Shown one piece after another: positions 1 through 8,466 of a DNA stretch of 27,976 nucleotides (the first letter of the stretch is position 1; every line of letters begins with the position of its first letter). This DNA is from Armatimonadota bacterium (lineage in GTDB: Bacteria; Armatimonadota; Armatimonadia; Armatimonadales; Armatimonadaceae): the NCBI GenBank assembly GCA_043754515.1, contig JAYUUO010000227.1, positions 1 through 27,976 of the forward strand, written 5' to 3'. Position numbers and translations under genes: made by a program. The notes beneath the pieces were generated by a model. That model did no database searches and was not told the DNA's origin. It worked only from the letters and a program-made list of their open reading frames with translations.

Positions 1-26
1 TGCCCCGTACCGGTTGGTACGGGGCA
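1..26. terminator. Perfect 11-bp hairpin, probable intrinsic terminator downstream of the ABC/M1 gene
   Basis: TGCCCCGTACC (1-11), loop GGTT, GGTACGGGGCA (16-26). It lies 27 nt past the minus-strand stop at 54. Any minus-strand U-tract would be outside the window. A short CTTTTCT follows on the plus strand. Confidence 0.65.
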
Positions 27-53
27 CGCCCTTTTCTGTGTTTCAGGAACGTC

Positions 54-3000
54 CTACTCGTCGCGTACTTCGATCGAGTTGTTGTCCGGCGTCCGATCAA
101 TCATCAGGTTGTAGGGATCGATCCCCGCTTCATAAGGCTTCGACGGCACGGTGAATATAATTTTCCCGGTGACTGGTCGTGGTCTGGCGGGGTTCGTCGT
201 TGTCGCCGTCACGGTAATATTTGGCATAAGGGGGTCGCCGAGTTCCTCTACCTTTCCTTTGCTTTTCGCCGACTTATCGAAGACGTTCACGTCAAAACTT
301 TCCCCGTTCAATGGGGCCGGGGTTTCCTTCCCTTTCTTGTCGGCGTAAAACTTCGCCACCGAGTAGCGGAGCGTGACCCGCCACTTCCCACCCGGCAGTT
401 TTTTGCGGGTCGCCGTGTCGGCGCGACACTCGTATATCGTTATCTTCTCGAATAGGTCTCTGATAAACTCCCGCTCCGGTCGGGTCGCCCCTTGTTTGAG
501 ATATTCCACCAGCTCAGGAGCCGTCGTGTAGGGCGGCTCCTGGAACCGCTTGTCTTTCAGATAGCGCGACAGGATAGCATTAAGACGAGCCTCCCCGATC
601 CGCTCCGCGAGCGCGTAGAACACGAGCGACCCTTTTCTGTAATGGATGTACTGCTGGTGCTGTGCCTTAACCAGCGGGTTTTCCCCTTCGTCATCCCCTT
701 TGCGACCGGAAAGGTACTCGTCCAAATCATAGCGCAGGAAGTGACGAAGATGTCGCGCCCCGTACTTTTGGCGAAACACCATCAGTGCGCTGTACTCCGA
801 AAGCGACTCCGACAGCATCTCCGATCCCTCGACATTCCCGCCGATGACCTGATGCGCCCACCATTGGTGTGCCGTTTCGTGCGCGGAAACATAGTACGGA
901 TAATCTATGTCGCCGGATAGATCGTCCACTCGGGCGATGAAACCGATCCCTTCCGAATATGGGATCGTGTTCGGGAACGACTGGGCGAACTTCGCGTAAT
1001 CGGGGAACTCCAGCACGCGCAATTGTCGGAACTGGTAGGGCGCGTAGTTTCGCGAGCAGTAGTCGAGCGAGCCTTTAACGCCCGCGAGCATCCGGATCAC
1101 GTTGTACGCGTGCGCCGGGTGGTAGTAGACGCTGAGCGCGACCTTTTTGCCATCCGGCCCGGTCCAGGTATCTCTTTTAACGGCATATCGCGCGGACAGG
1201 ATCGAGTAAAAATTGCGTATCGGGGCGTCCATGCGATAGCGGAAGCACTTTTGCCCGTTCTCGTTCCACTCGCGGACTAGATAGCCGGGTGCCAGCGCGG
1301 TCTGGTCCGGGTCGGTGCGCACCGTCGCCTCGAACGAAATCCAGTCGGCGTCATTCCCTATGTACGTCACCTGCCGGGCAGAAATGTCCGTGACGGGAGC
1401 CATTACGCGCCGCGCTCCAAGGTGGTGGTGACGCCGCTCCGACTTGTCGGAGATCTCGCTCTCCTCCTGGTACCCGATTCTCGGGGCGGGTGCCGTTAGG
1501 AAGGTGCCGTTCTCAGCGATGTCGGACTGTTTCCCGTTGTTCGAGAAGCCGCGCCGTTTGTCCTCAAGGTCGAAGGTGAACAATATTTCGGCACCGAGCG
1601 CGAGCGGCTTCACCAGTTTGAACGTCTGAAATCCTATCTTCTTTTCGGTGATGCCGACTTTTACTGGCATGCTCCAATCCCATCGGTTCACGAAAAGGTG
1701 CGCATTATAGTTAACCAGGATCTCGCGCACTGGCTTCGCGGTCTTGTTTTTAAGCCGATACGTGCCCCGCACCCGGTACGTCCCCCGGCGCGGGTGGAGC
1801 GTCACGTCCAGCACGACGCCGACTATTTTCGGTTGCGGCTCGTGTTCGTATCGTTTCTTATAGTGCTTCTCATACCGCGCGGAACGCTCGTTCGTCTCCC
1901 ATGCGGTCGTGTACTCGTTCAGCACGTCGGTGTTGTAATACAGAAACACGCCGCTTCCTACAAACACGGCCCCCGCGAGAAGAGCGGCGCAAACCGTGCC
2001 TGTTCCGATGCGCGAGCTACCCCCGCGCACCCACAACCGGCTATCGGTGCCCCGCGCCCACAGTTTCAAAGTCAGGCAAGCCAGTAGAACGCCCGCCGCG
2101 ATCCAGTAGAGTTGCCACCACCGGATAGGCCCGAGGAATGCGCCGAAGCCGTTCATGTCGGAGTAAACGAAATCACCGTGCGAGCCGACAAGATACAGGC
2201 GTCGCTCGAACCCCCAGGACCGGAACGTCGCCCCGACGATGTATATCAAGACGAGTGCCAGATGCGCGACGAACTTCTGGTTGATCAACGTGTGTAGGAA
2301 AAAGCAGAGCAGTGCCACGATGGTGAGGTCCCAGAACTCGACGCCGTAAAGCCAGAAGAAGTAGAGCGGCAACTCCAGACGTGTATACCCTTTGAATAGT
2401 TGCACCCCCACCCCCGCTATGACCAGTACCAGGTCGAGGGTGATGATCATCAGCAGAACCGCGCCCAGTTTAGCGAGCAAAGCGGTTGCCGACGCGACGG
2501 GGAGCACATCGGTGGTCTGATCCGCGCGGACGACGCGCTCGCGCCAGACTAGTTCGCCTACGTAGAACGTGATCAGCGCAAAAAAGAACACCCGGAACGC
2601 GGCCGTCACACTCGCCAGGATAATCCGCGTCACGGGGTACACAGGGGTGTCGAACACCTTATCCGCCTCGGAAGCGGCGATCAGCAACACCCCGACCCCC
2701 GCCATCGCGATGACCAGGAACGGCACGCTCCGTAACGTGTCCAGCGTGTAGAAGTGTAGCAGGCTCAGAAAAGTCGCGACGTGGTACCGCCAGCCCGTCG
2801 GGACCGCGGGGGGCACGTCCCCCGCGAACACATCCGGCGAGTTAGTCGCCGTCGGAGGGGCGTCGGACGTAGCCGCCTTGCGTAGCGTGCGAGGCGAATG
2901 CGCGAAGTCGAAGGCGTAGTAGCCGCCGATCAGCACCACAAGCGCGACACCCACCCACAGGAGGCGATTTATCAGCAAGCCTTCCGTGAGCGGCACCAGC

Positions 3001-3701
3001 CGCGTGTTCTCCTCGGAGAGTGTCCAGTACCGCGTCACGTTCGCCATTGCTGAAAGCCCAAACGGTTCAAGAACACCGGCGAGCATCCGCTTCTCCAGGC
3101 TATCGATCAGTACGACCGAGCCGAGCCAGAGAGCGAGTAGCACAATGCCCTGCGTGTAAATGGCGAGTAGACTACGGGTTAGTGCCCCGCCGACGAAGAA
3201 CAGGACCGAGATCAGAAACAGATCCGGCAACAGATAGTGGCCCCACAGGGCGAGGTATGTGTCGAGGTGATACGGCCCGATGATCTCTTTGTGCTCCCAA
3301 CGCAACCCGCACCCGGCGAGGAAGCCGAGAGGGATCGCGCTGAACACGATCACGGTGACGAGGAACGAACCCACGAAGCGGCCATACCAGTAATCGGCTT
3401 TTGAGAGCCGCGTCGAAAAGAACAACTCATGGGTATTGGACTCGAAGTCGCGGTAGATGGCCGTCCCGGCGAGCGCGGAGATCATGGTCGCGCACAGCGC
3501 GACGAGTGCCACCGCGATCACATTCAGCGACTCGGGGGAGTTCAGGAACGAACGCCCGTCGCGATTTGAGACCAGGCCGGTGTCCACCGACATGACCAGC
3601 ATGGCCAGGAAAAATAGTACGGCGAAGAAGATATAGGGAATGACGCTTTTCGCCCGGAAGCGTAGCTCGAACAGCACCATTTCACGAAATCCGTTACCCA
3701 A
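54..3701 (-). CDS. ABC-2 type transporter permease / M1-family zinc aminopeptidase fusion
   Basis: The N-terminal ~590 aa hold two tandem multi-TM ABC-2-like halves (RDFESNTHELFFST, RERVVRADQTTDVLP). The C-terminal part has HETAH (867-881), a downstream LSESLSEY Glu ligand and YIHYRKG. The TTG start overlaps the ATPase stop; an alternative ATG is at 3680. Confidence 0.9.
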   Translation of the reverse strand: MGNGFREMVLFELRFRAKSVIPYIFFAVLFFLAMLVMSVDTGLVSNRDGRSFLNSPESLNVIAVALVALCATMISALAGTAIYRDFESNTHELFFSTRLSKADYWYGRFVGSFLVTVIVFSAIPLGFLAGCGLRWEHKEIIGPYHLDTYLALWGHYLLPDLFLISVLFFVGGALTRSLLAIYTQGIVLLALWLGSVVLIDSLEKRMLAGVLEPFGLSAMANVTRYWTLSEENTRLVPLTEGLLINRLLWVGVALVVLIGGYYAFDFAHSPRTLRKAATSDAPPTATNSPDVFAGDVPPAVPTGWRYHVATFLSLLHFYTLDTLRSVPFLVIAMAGVGVLLIAASEADKVFDTPVYPVTRIILASVTAAFRVFFFALITFYVGELVWRERVVRADQTTDVLPVASATALLAKLGAVLLMIITLDLVLVIAGVGVQLFKGYTRLELPLYFFWLYGVEFWDLTIVALLCFFLHTLINQKFVAHLALVLIYIVGATFRSWGFERRLYLVGSHGDFVYSDMNGFGAFLGPIRWWQLYWIAAGVLLACLTLKLWARGTDSRLWVRGGSSRIGTGTVCAALLAGAVFVGSGVFLYYNTDVLNEYTTAWETNERSARYEKHYKKRYEHEPQPKIVGVVLDVTLHPRRGTYRVRGTYRLKNKTAKPVREILVNYNAHLFVNRWDWSMPVKVGITEKKIGFQTFKLVKPLALGAEILFTFDLEDKRRGFSNNGKQSDIAENGTFLTAPAPRIGYQEESEISDKSERRHHHLGARRVMAPVTDISARQVTYIGNDADWISFEATVRTDPDQTALAPGYLVREWNENGQKCFRYRMDAPIRNFYSILSARYAVKRDTWTGPDGKKVALSVYYHPAHAYNVIRMLAGVKGSLDYCSRNYAPYQFRQLRVLEFPDYAKFAQSFPNTIPYSEGIGFIARVDDLSGDIDYPYYVSAHETAHQWWAHQVIGGNVEGSEMLSESLSEYSALMVFRQKYGARHLRHFLRYDLDEYLSGRKGDDEGENPLVKAQHQQYIHYRKGSLVFYALAERIGEARLNAILSRYLKDKRFQEPPYTTAPELVEYLKQGATRPEREFIRDLFEKITIYECRADTATRKKLPGGKWRVTLRYSVAKFYADKKGKETPAPLNGESFDVNVFDKSAKSKGKVEELGDPLMPNITVTATTTNPARPRPVTGKIIFTVPSKPYEAGIDPYNLMIDRTPDNNSIEVRDE

Positions 3702-4590
3702 GGAGCGATCCCCCTATCTGGCGTGCACTGGTGTAGAAAAAATAAGCGTCTTCGAGGTCGGCGTTTACCGGCGAGAAACCGTCGCCGGGCGGCGAGTCGG
3801 AGAAGATAAAGACGACCGGCTTGCCGCTGACCAGTCGTACCGAAACGACCCGGTATTGCGATTGGAGTAAAGCGAGTTCGCTCTTTTCGCTCACCCGCTT
3901 ATAAAGGTGCCCCTGAATCTGGTGCGTAATGACCGCCTCAGGACTCCCTTGCACGATCACCCGCCCCCGCGCGATGATCGCCATCCGCTCGCACAGTTCG
4001 CGCACATCCTCCACGATGTGCGTCGAGAGAATCACGATCGCGTGTTCACCGACCTCGGAGAGCAGGTTCAGGAAGCGGTGCCGCTCGGTCGGATCGAGGC
4101 CGGCGGTCGGCTCGTCCACGATCACGAGTTGCGGGCGGTTCAGAAGGGCGACCGCGATGCCGAGTCGTTGCCGCATCCCGCCGGAAAACCCGCCGACATT
4201 CTTTTTGCGGGCGTCATATAGGTTAACCTGCGCGAGCAAACGAGGCACGATGTCGTTCCGCTCTCGCGCCTCAATGATGCCTTTCAACACGGCGAAATGA
4301 TGCAGGGTCGCCTCGGCTGAGAGTCCTGGGTAGAATCCGAACTCCTGGGGGAGGTAGCCCAGACGCTGGCGGACGTAATCTTTGTCGCGGATTATATCCA
4401 CGTCGTCGAGACGGACGCTTCCGAAATCCGGCTCTTGCAGGGCGGCGATGGTACGCATGAGCGAGGACTTGCCCGCCCCGTTAGGGCCAAGGAGTCCGAA
4501 CAGCCCCCGCTCGATCCGCAGGGAGACGCCGTCGAGAGCGCGCACCCCGTTCGGATAAGTCTTGGTGAGGTTCTCGATGGACAGGGTCAT
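3694..4590 (-). CDS. ABC transporter ATP-binding protein (ABC-2/DrrA-like)
   Basis: Walker A GPNGAGKS, Q-loop YLPQ, signature FSGGMRQ, Walker B VIVDEP, H-loop STH. The ATG at 4590 (MTLSIENL) is preferred over the TTG at 4599. Confidence 0.95.
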   Translation of the reverse strand: MTLSIENLTKTYPNGVRALDGVSLRIERGLFGLLGPNGAGKSSLMRTIAALQEPDFGSVRLDDVDIIRDKDYVRQRLGYLPQEFGFYPGLSAEATLHHFAVLKGIIEARERNDIVPRLLAQVNLYDARKKNVGGFSGGMRQRLGIAVALLNRPQLVIVDEPTAGLDPTERHRFLNLLSEVGEHAIVILSTHIVEDVRELCERMAIIARGRVIVQGSPEAVITHQIQGHLYKRVSEKSELALLQSQYRVVSVRLVSGKPVVFIFSDSPPGDGFSPVNADLEDAYFFYTSARQIGGSLLG

Positions 4591-4658
4591 ACGACACAAT
4601 AGGACGCGGGGGCGCGTTTATCCTGCCCGAGCGACACTCCCGGCACCAATCGGCGGGT

Positions 4659-5819
4659 TTATTGGCGCGATGAACGAAGCATCTGTTTGAGTTCGGTCAG
4701 GTTATTGGTCGCGACGAACGCCTCCTCCGCCGTAATGCCACGTCCCTGCACCAATTGCTGGAGCGACTGGTTCAGCGTATTCATGCCGAAGTGCCCTCCT
4801 TCCTTGATGCTGTTATAAATGTCGCCGTAAGATTCCCCCTCCTCGATCTGCTTCTTAATCGTGGGCGAGCCGGTCATCACTTCGACCGCCGGGACGCGCC
4901 CGGTCCCCGTCGCCCGCAGAACGAGCCGCTGGGATATAACGCACGTCAGCGTCGCGGCGAGTTGCATCCGCACCTGCTCTCGCTCGTGCGGCGGGAACGC
5001 GTTCAAGATGCGGTCAATCGTGCCGACCGCGCTGATCGTGTGCAGGGTCGTGATGACTAGGTGCCCGATCTCGGCGGCGGTCAGGGCGACGCGCATCGTG
5101 TCGGTATCGCGCATCTCACCGATCACGATCACATCGGGGGTTTGCCGCATCACGGCGCGGAGAGCTGTCGCGAACGAGCGGGTGTCGGTGCCGACCTCGC
5201 GCTGGGAGACGACCGAGTTGCGGTCCTCGAAGACATACTCTATGGGGTCTTCCACCGTAACAACGTTCGCGCGACGGTGTTCGGTGACGTGGTCAACGAG
5301 CGCGGCGAGCGTAGACGACTTACCGCTCCCCGTCGGGCCCGTCACCATAATCAGGCCTTGCGGTTGCATCGCCTGATCCTTGAGCACGCGCGGGAGCATC
5401 AGGGCATCCAGACTGGGCGGACGGAGCGGGATGAGGCGCAGGGCGGCACCGATCGCGCCGCGTTGCAGGAACAGGTTCGCGCGGACCCGCACCAGCCCAG
5501 ACACGGTGAAAACAGCGTCTATCTCGTGCTGGTCTAGGAGGCGGCGCATCAGGTCGTCCGCCGTCTCGCCCGCGACCTGCGCGCCGATCCGCTCGTCGTC
5601 CCCCGCCGCCGTCCCCGCGCGCACGAGGTTGTCGCGGGTGGCGGCATACAGGATGCTCATCGCCATCTCGTGCATCTCGTCGAAGGAGAGGGCACCGATA
5701 TCCGGACGAGACACGATCCGCCCGTCAACGCGTAGCGCGGGCGGGGCGTCGGCTTTGAGTATAAGGTCGGAGGCGCGCGATTGAAGCGCGACATCAAGGA
5801 GGCTATGGATACTTTTCAT
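4659..5819 (-). CDS. pilT: PilT/PilU-family type IV pilus retraction ATPase
   Basis: ASDL N-terminal motif, Walker A GPTGSGKSST, Asp box TVEDPIE, QREVG, Walker B PDVIVIGEMRD and His box GHLVITTLH. A GGGAG SD lies upstream. PilT versus PilU paralogy is uncertain. Confidence 0.88.
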   Translation of the reverse strand: MKSIHSLLDVALQSRASDLILKADAPPALRVDGRIVSRPDIGALSFDEMHEMAMSILYAATRDNLVRAGTAAGDDERIGAQVAGETADDLMRRLLDQHEIDAVFTVSGLVRVRANLFLQRGAIGAALRLIPLRPPSLDALMLPRVLKDQAMQPQGLIMVTGPTGSGKSSTLAALVDHVTEHRRANVVTVEDPIEYVFEDRNSVVSQREVGTDTRSFATALRAVMRQTPDVIVIGEMRDTDTMRVALTAAEIGHLVITTLHTISAVGTIDRILNAFPPHEREQVRMQLAATLTCVISQRLVLRATGTGRVPAVEVMTGSPTIKKQIEEGESYGDIYNSIKEGGHFGMNTLNQSLQQLVQGRGITAEEAFVATNNLTELKQMLRSSRQ

Positions 5820-5898
5820 GGATAAACGCTCCCAATTCCGCGCACGCTACTCCCGAGCGCGATACCAGCGCGATGCCGTGCAATATTGTGGCGTAGTA

Positions 5899-5907
5899 TG
5901 TTATAAT
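5899..5907 (+). promoter_or_regulatory. Putative sigma70 extended -10 promoter (TGnTATAAT) for the efp cluster
   Basis: TGTTATAAT at 5899-5907 in the AT-rich divergent pilT/efp intergenic region. GTGCAA at 5878-5883 is a possible -35 with an 18-nt spacer. Confidence 0.5.
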
Positions 5908-6042
5908 TAGGCCGGTAGCCTAGCGCGATGCGGAACACACTACAAAGGCTGATTGTGCAAGTTTCGCGTCCGCGGAACGATTCTCCTGTATTTCGCCCTA
6001 GTGAATCGCACATCCCCCGCCACTACCACGGTTATACGCAAT

Positions 6043-6603
6043 ATGGACACCAGTGATTTCCGCAACGGCCTCTCGCTCGTTTACGAGGGCAACATTTTTA
6101 CCATCGTTGAATTTCAACACGTCAAGCCCGGTAAGGGAGGGGCGTTCGTCCGCTCCAAGCTGAAGAACCTGAAAACGGGCGCGACCATAGACAAAACATG
6201 GCGTGCTGGGGAGCGCATGGATCAGGCGGTTTTGGAACGCCGACCGATGCAATACTTGTATTTGCTGGATGAGGAAGCACATCTTATGGACTCGGAGACC
6301 TTCGAGCAAACGACCATGCCTATAGCACGGGTCGGCTCGCAGGCAAAATACCTGAAGGAAAATACCGAAATCCAGGTCATATTACATAAAGAGGAAATCG
6401 TCGGCGTTAACCTCCCCGATTTCGCGGAACTCGCCGTAATCGAGACCGACCCCGGGGTGCGGGGTGATACAGCGACCGGCGGAACGAAGCCCGCCACACT
6501 GGAAGGCGGCGCGGTAGTCATGGTTCCCCTATTTATCAACGTCGGCGAGAAGTTGCGCGTGGACACCCGGACGGACACCTACCTGGAACGCGTCAAATCG
6601 TAA
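6043..6603 (+). CDS. efp: Translation elongation factor P
   Basis: MDTSDFRNG start, HVKPGKGGAFVR loop with the conserved Lys, C-terminal TDPGVRGDTATGGTKPATLE and VPLFI. It is 186 aa from the ATG at 6043; the longer TTG-start ORF extension is not EF-P-like. Confidence 0.97.
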   Translation: MDTSDFRNGLSLVYEGNIFTIVEFQHVKPGKGGAFVRSKLKNLKTGATIDKTWRAGERMDQAVLERRPMQYLYLLDEEAHLMDSETFEQTTMPIARVGSQAKYLKENTEIQVILHKEEIVGVNLPDFAELAVIETDPGVRGDTATGGTKPATLEGGAVVMVPLFINVGEKLRVDTRTDTYLERVKS

Positions 6604-6655
6604 AGCGACGAGACGTGTCGGGTAGCATGTCTGCCCTTCTCACGCCTCGTTCGTT
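6604..6655 (+). other. Long imperfect stem-loop immediately after the efp stop codon
   Basis: ACGAG(6608-12)/CTCGT(6646-50), CGTG(6614-17)/CACG(6641-44), GGGTAG(6620-25)/CTGCCC(6631-36), loop CATGT. There is no strong U-tract. Confidence 0.45.
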
Positions 6656-6718
6656 GCCACGCCCGGTCTCGCGCCCTGCCCGCGACACCACCTGAACGAA
6701 AGGGTTTGGGTTCCTTTG

Positions 6719-7993
6719 ATGAGCGTTAGCGACGGTTCTTCGGAACGACCCACTCTTATATCCTTGATCGGCGGGCCGCTACATGGCCTGCTGACGATAG
6801 CGTCCAATGTCGCGTTCGCGGCCGGTGCCGCCGGGGCGCTGTGGCTTTTCGCGTCGCTGATATTCGGGCAATATGGCGACATCGGCTCGGCACCCGAGGC
6901 GGCGCAAGCCGCCGCGATGAGCAACATCTCGCTTGCGCGGATGCTACTCACATGGGGACTAGGCGTGGGTAGCATCCTCGCCGCAATAATCTATTTCGGA
7001 GAGGAAGTGCTAGGCTACCTCCTGCTCGGCGGCGCGCTCCTGATCGGCTTCGGGATTCCCTCCGGGTTCCAGCAGTTCGGCGGCGAAGGCTTCATTGCCA
7101 CGAAATCCGCCGCGCTAGCCAGAGTGTACGGCGGATTCTTCAGTAGCGTTCAGATCCCCGCCGTAATAGGCGGTTTACTCATCGCCTACGATGTCGTCCT
7201 GCGCCTAGTGCGCACCGCCCGCCAGCGGCCCGTCGTCCGCGTAGAGAAAATGACGTACGGGAGTGGAGCGAAACAGGAAAACACCGCGCGCCCCCCACGC
7301 ACATCGCCACTGGGCAAGTGCTGGGAGGGGCCGTTTTGCCGCGACTTTATCCGCCCTCACTGCCCGATATTCCTGAAGCGGCAAGCCTGCTGGCAACAGA
7401 AGCGCGGATGCTATTGCGAAGAGGACATCGTCTCACAAGCCGCCGCGAAGGTGACTGGTCAGGCGTTGCCGATGGCCGGGGGGACGTCCCGATTCGCGAA
7501 CATGTCCGGCTCAGCCAAGACGAATACGGACGGCACCCCCGACCCGGATATGTCCGGGTTTCAGGCGATAGGCGCGGCACCCGGCATCCCGATGGGTATG
7601 GGCGGGATGAACCCGACGGCCCCGGTACTATCTCAAGGTGGGTCTCGCAAATTCGAGTTGACCACGGGACAGAAGCGGGAGCGGTGCCGAAACTGCGTCA
7701 TCTATAATGAGCACCAGCGCGAGAAATATCAGCTACTTCTACCCGTCGTGATGATCGCGACCGTGGTGTTATGTGGCTTCGTCGCGGTGCAGTTCCAGAG
7801 TAACGCGACCAACGTCGTGAACCTGGTAGAAGGGCTGATCAACCGGTTCTCGTTCCTGCCAGGAAGCCACGCCATTGAGGTAGGCAATGCCTCATCGTCC
7901 GTCGCGTGGGTGTTCATCGGCGCGACAGCCATCATGATACTGTCGAAGACTTTACAGTTTCTGGAGTGGTGCGTGTTCAAGATCAAAATTTGA
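6719..7993 (+). CDS. Hypothetical ~6-TM membrane protein with a Cys-rich (two-CW-like) loop
   Basis: Four hydrophobic segments, then CWEGPFC-x7-CP-x7-CW-x5-CYC...CRNC-x2-Y, then two more hydrophobic segments. GAAAGGG lies upstream and the stop is 1 nt before the next ATG. An alternative TTG is at 6716. Confidence 0.85.
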   Translation: MSVSDGSSERPTLISLIGGPLHGLLTIASNVAFAAGAAGALWLFASLIFGQYGDIGSAPEAAQAAAMSNISLARMLLTWGLGVGSILAAIIYFGEEVLGYLLLGGALLIGFGIPSGFQQFGGEGFIATKSAALARVYGGFFSSVQIPAVIGGLLIAYDVVLRLVRTARQRPVVRVEKMTYGSGAKQENTARPPRTSPLGKCWEGPFCRDFIRPHCPIFLKRQACWQQKRGCYCEEDIVSQAAAKVTGQALPMAGGTSRFANMSGSAKTNTDGTPDPDMSGFQAIGAAPGIPMGMGGMNPTAPVLSQGGSRKFELTTGQKRERCRNCVIYNEHQREKYQLLLPVVMIATVVLCGFVAVQFQSNATNVVNLVEGLINRFSFLPGSHAIEVGNASSSVAWVFIGATAIMILSKTLQFLEWCVFKIKI

Positions 7994-7994
7994 C

Positions 7995-8465
7995 ATGATT
8001 GACCACTCCTCTATCGAAGCGTTCGTCGCCGCGTTTGACAATGCCCCCCAACTGGCGGAGATGGAAATACGCTCCGCGACACACGGCGTGTTGCGCCTAC
8101 GGCGGGCACCGCGCCCGGCGCGTCGCGGCGGACCCGCTGTTCCCCCGCCCCCCGTCGCGGGCGAGGCGACGTCGGACAGCCCTGGTGTCATCCTGTCAAC
8201 AGTGTTGAGTACGATAGTCAAATCCACGCTGGTCGGGGTATTCCGCGCCGCGACCGCCCCCCCTACCGACATCGGCATGTCCGTGACTGAAGGACTGGGG
8301 CTGGGCTACGTCGAAGTTATGCGTCTGTCCAGCGTGGTTCCCGCGCCCGTGATCGGTGAAATAATTGCCGTCTTCGTCGCCGACGGACAGCCGGTCGAGT
8401 ATGGCCAACCCTTGTTCGAGATCGCCGAAACAGTGAACAGCGAGGAGAGCCAAACCATTGAATAA
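7995..8465 (+). CDS. accB: AccB (biotin carboxyl carrier protein)-like protein lacking the biotinyl-lysine (EVMRL)
   Basis: AccB-like N-terminal segment (IEAFVAAF...EMEI...LRLRR), Pro/Ala linker and biotinyl/lipoyl domain (VKSTLVGVF...G...V.DGQPVEYGQPLFEI), upstream of accC. The EAMKM motif reads EVMRL, so canonical function is doubtful. Confidence 0.85.
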   Translation: MIDHSSIEAFVAAFDNAPQLAEMEIRSATHGVLRLRRAPRPARRGGPAVPPPPVAGEATSDSPGVILSTVLSTIVKSTLVGVFRAATAPPTDIGMSVTEGLGLGYVEVMRLSSVVPAPVIGEIIAVFVADGQPVEYGQPLFEIAETVNSEESQTIE

Positions 8466-8466
8466 C

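Noticed and set aside
5953..6042. 30-aa N-terminal extension of EF-P from the TTG at 5953
   Set aside because: It is not EF-P-like. The ATG at 6043 gives the canonical ~186-aa protein.
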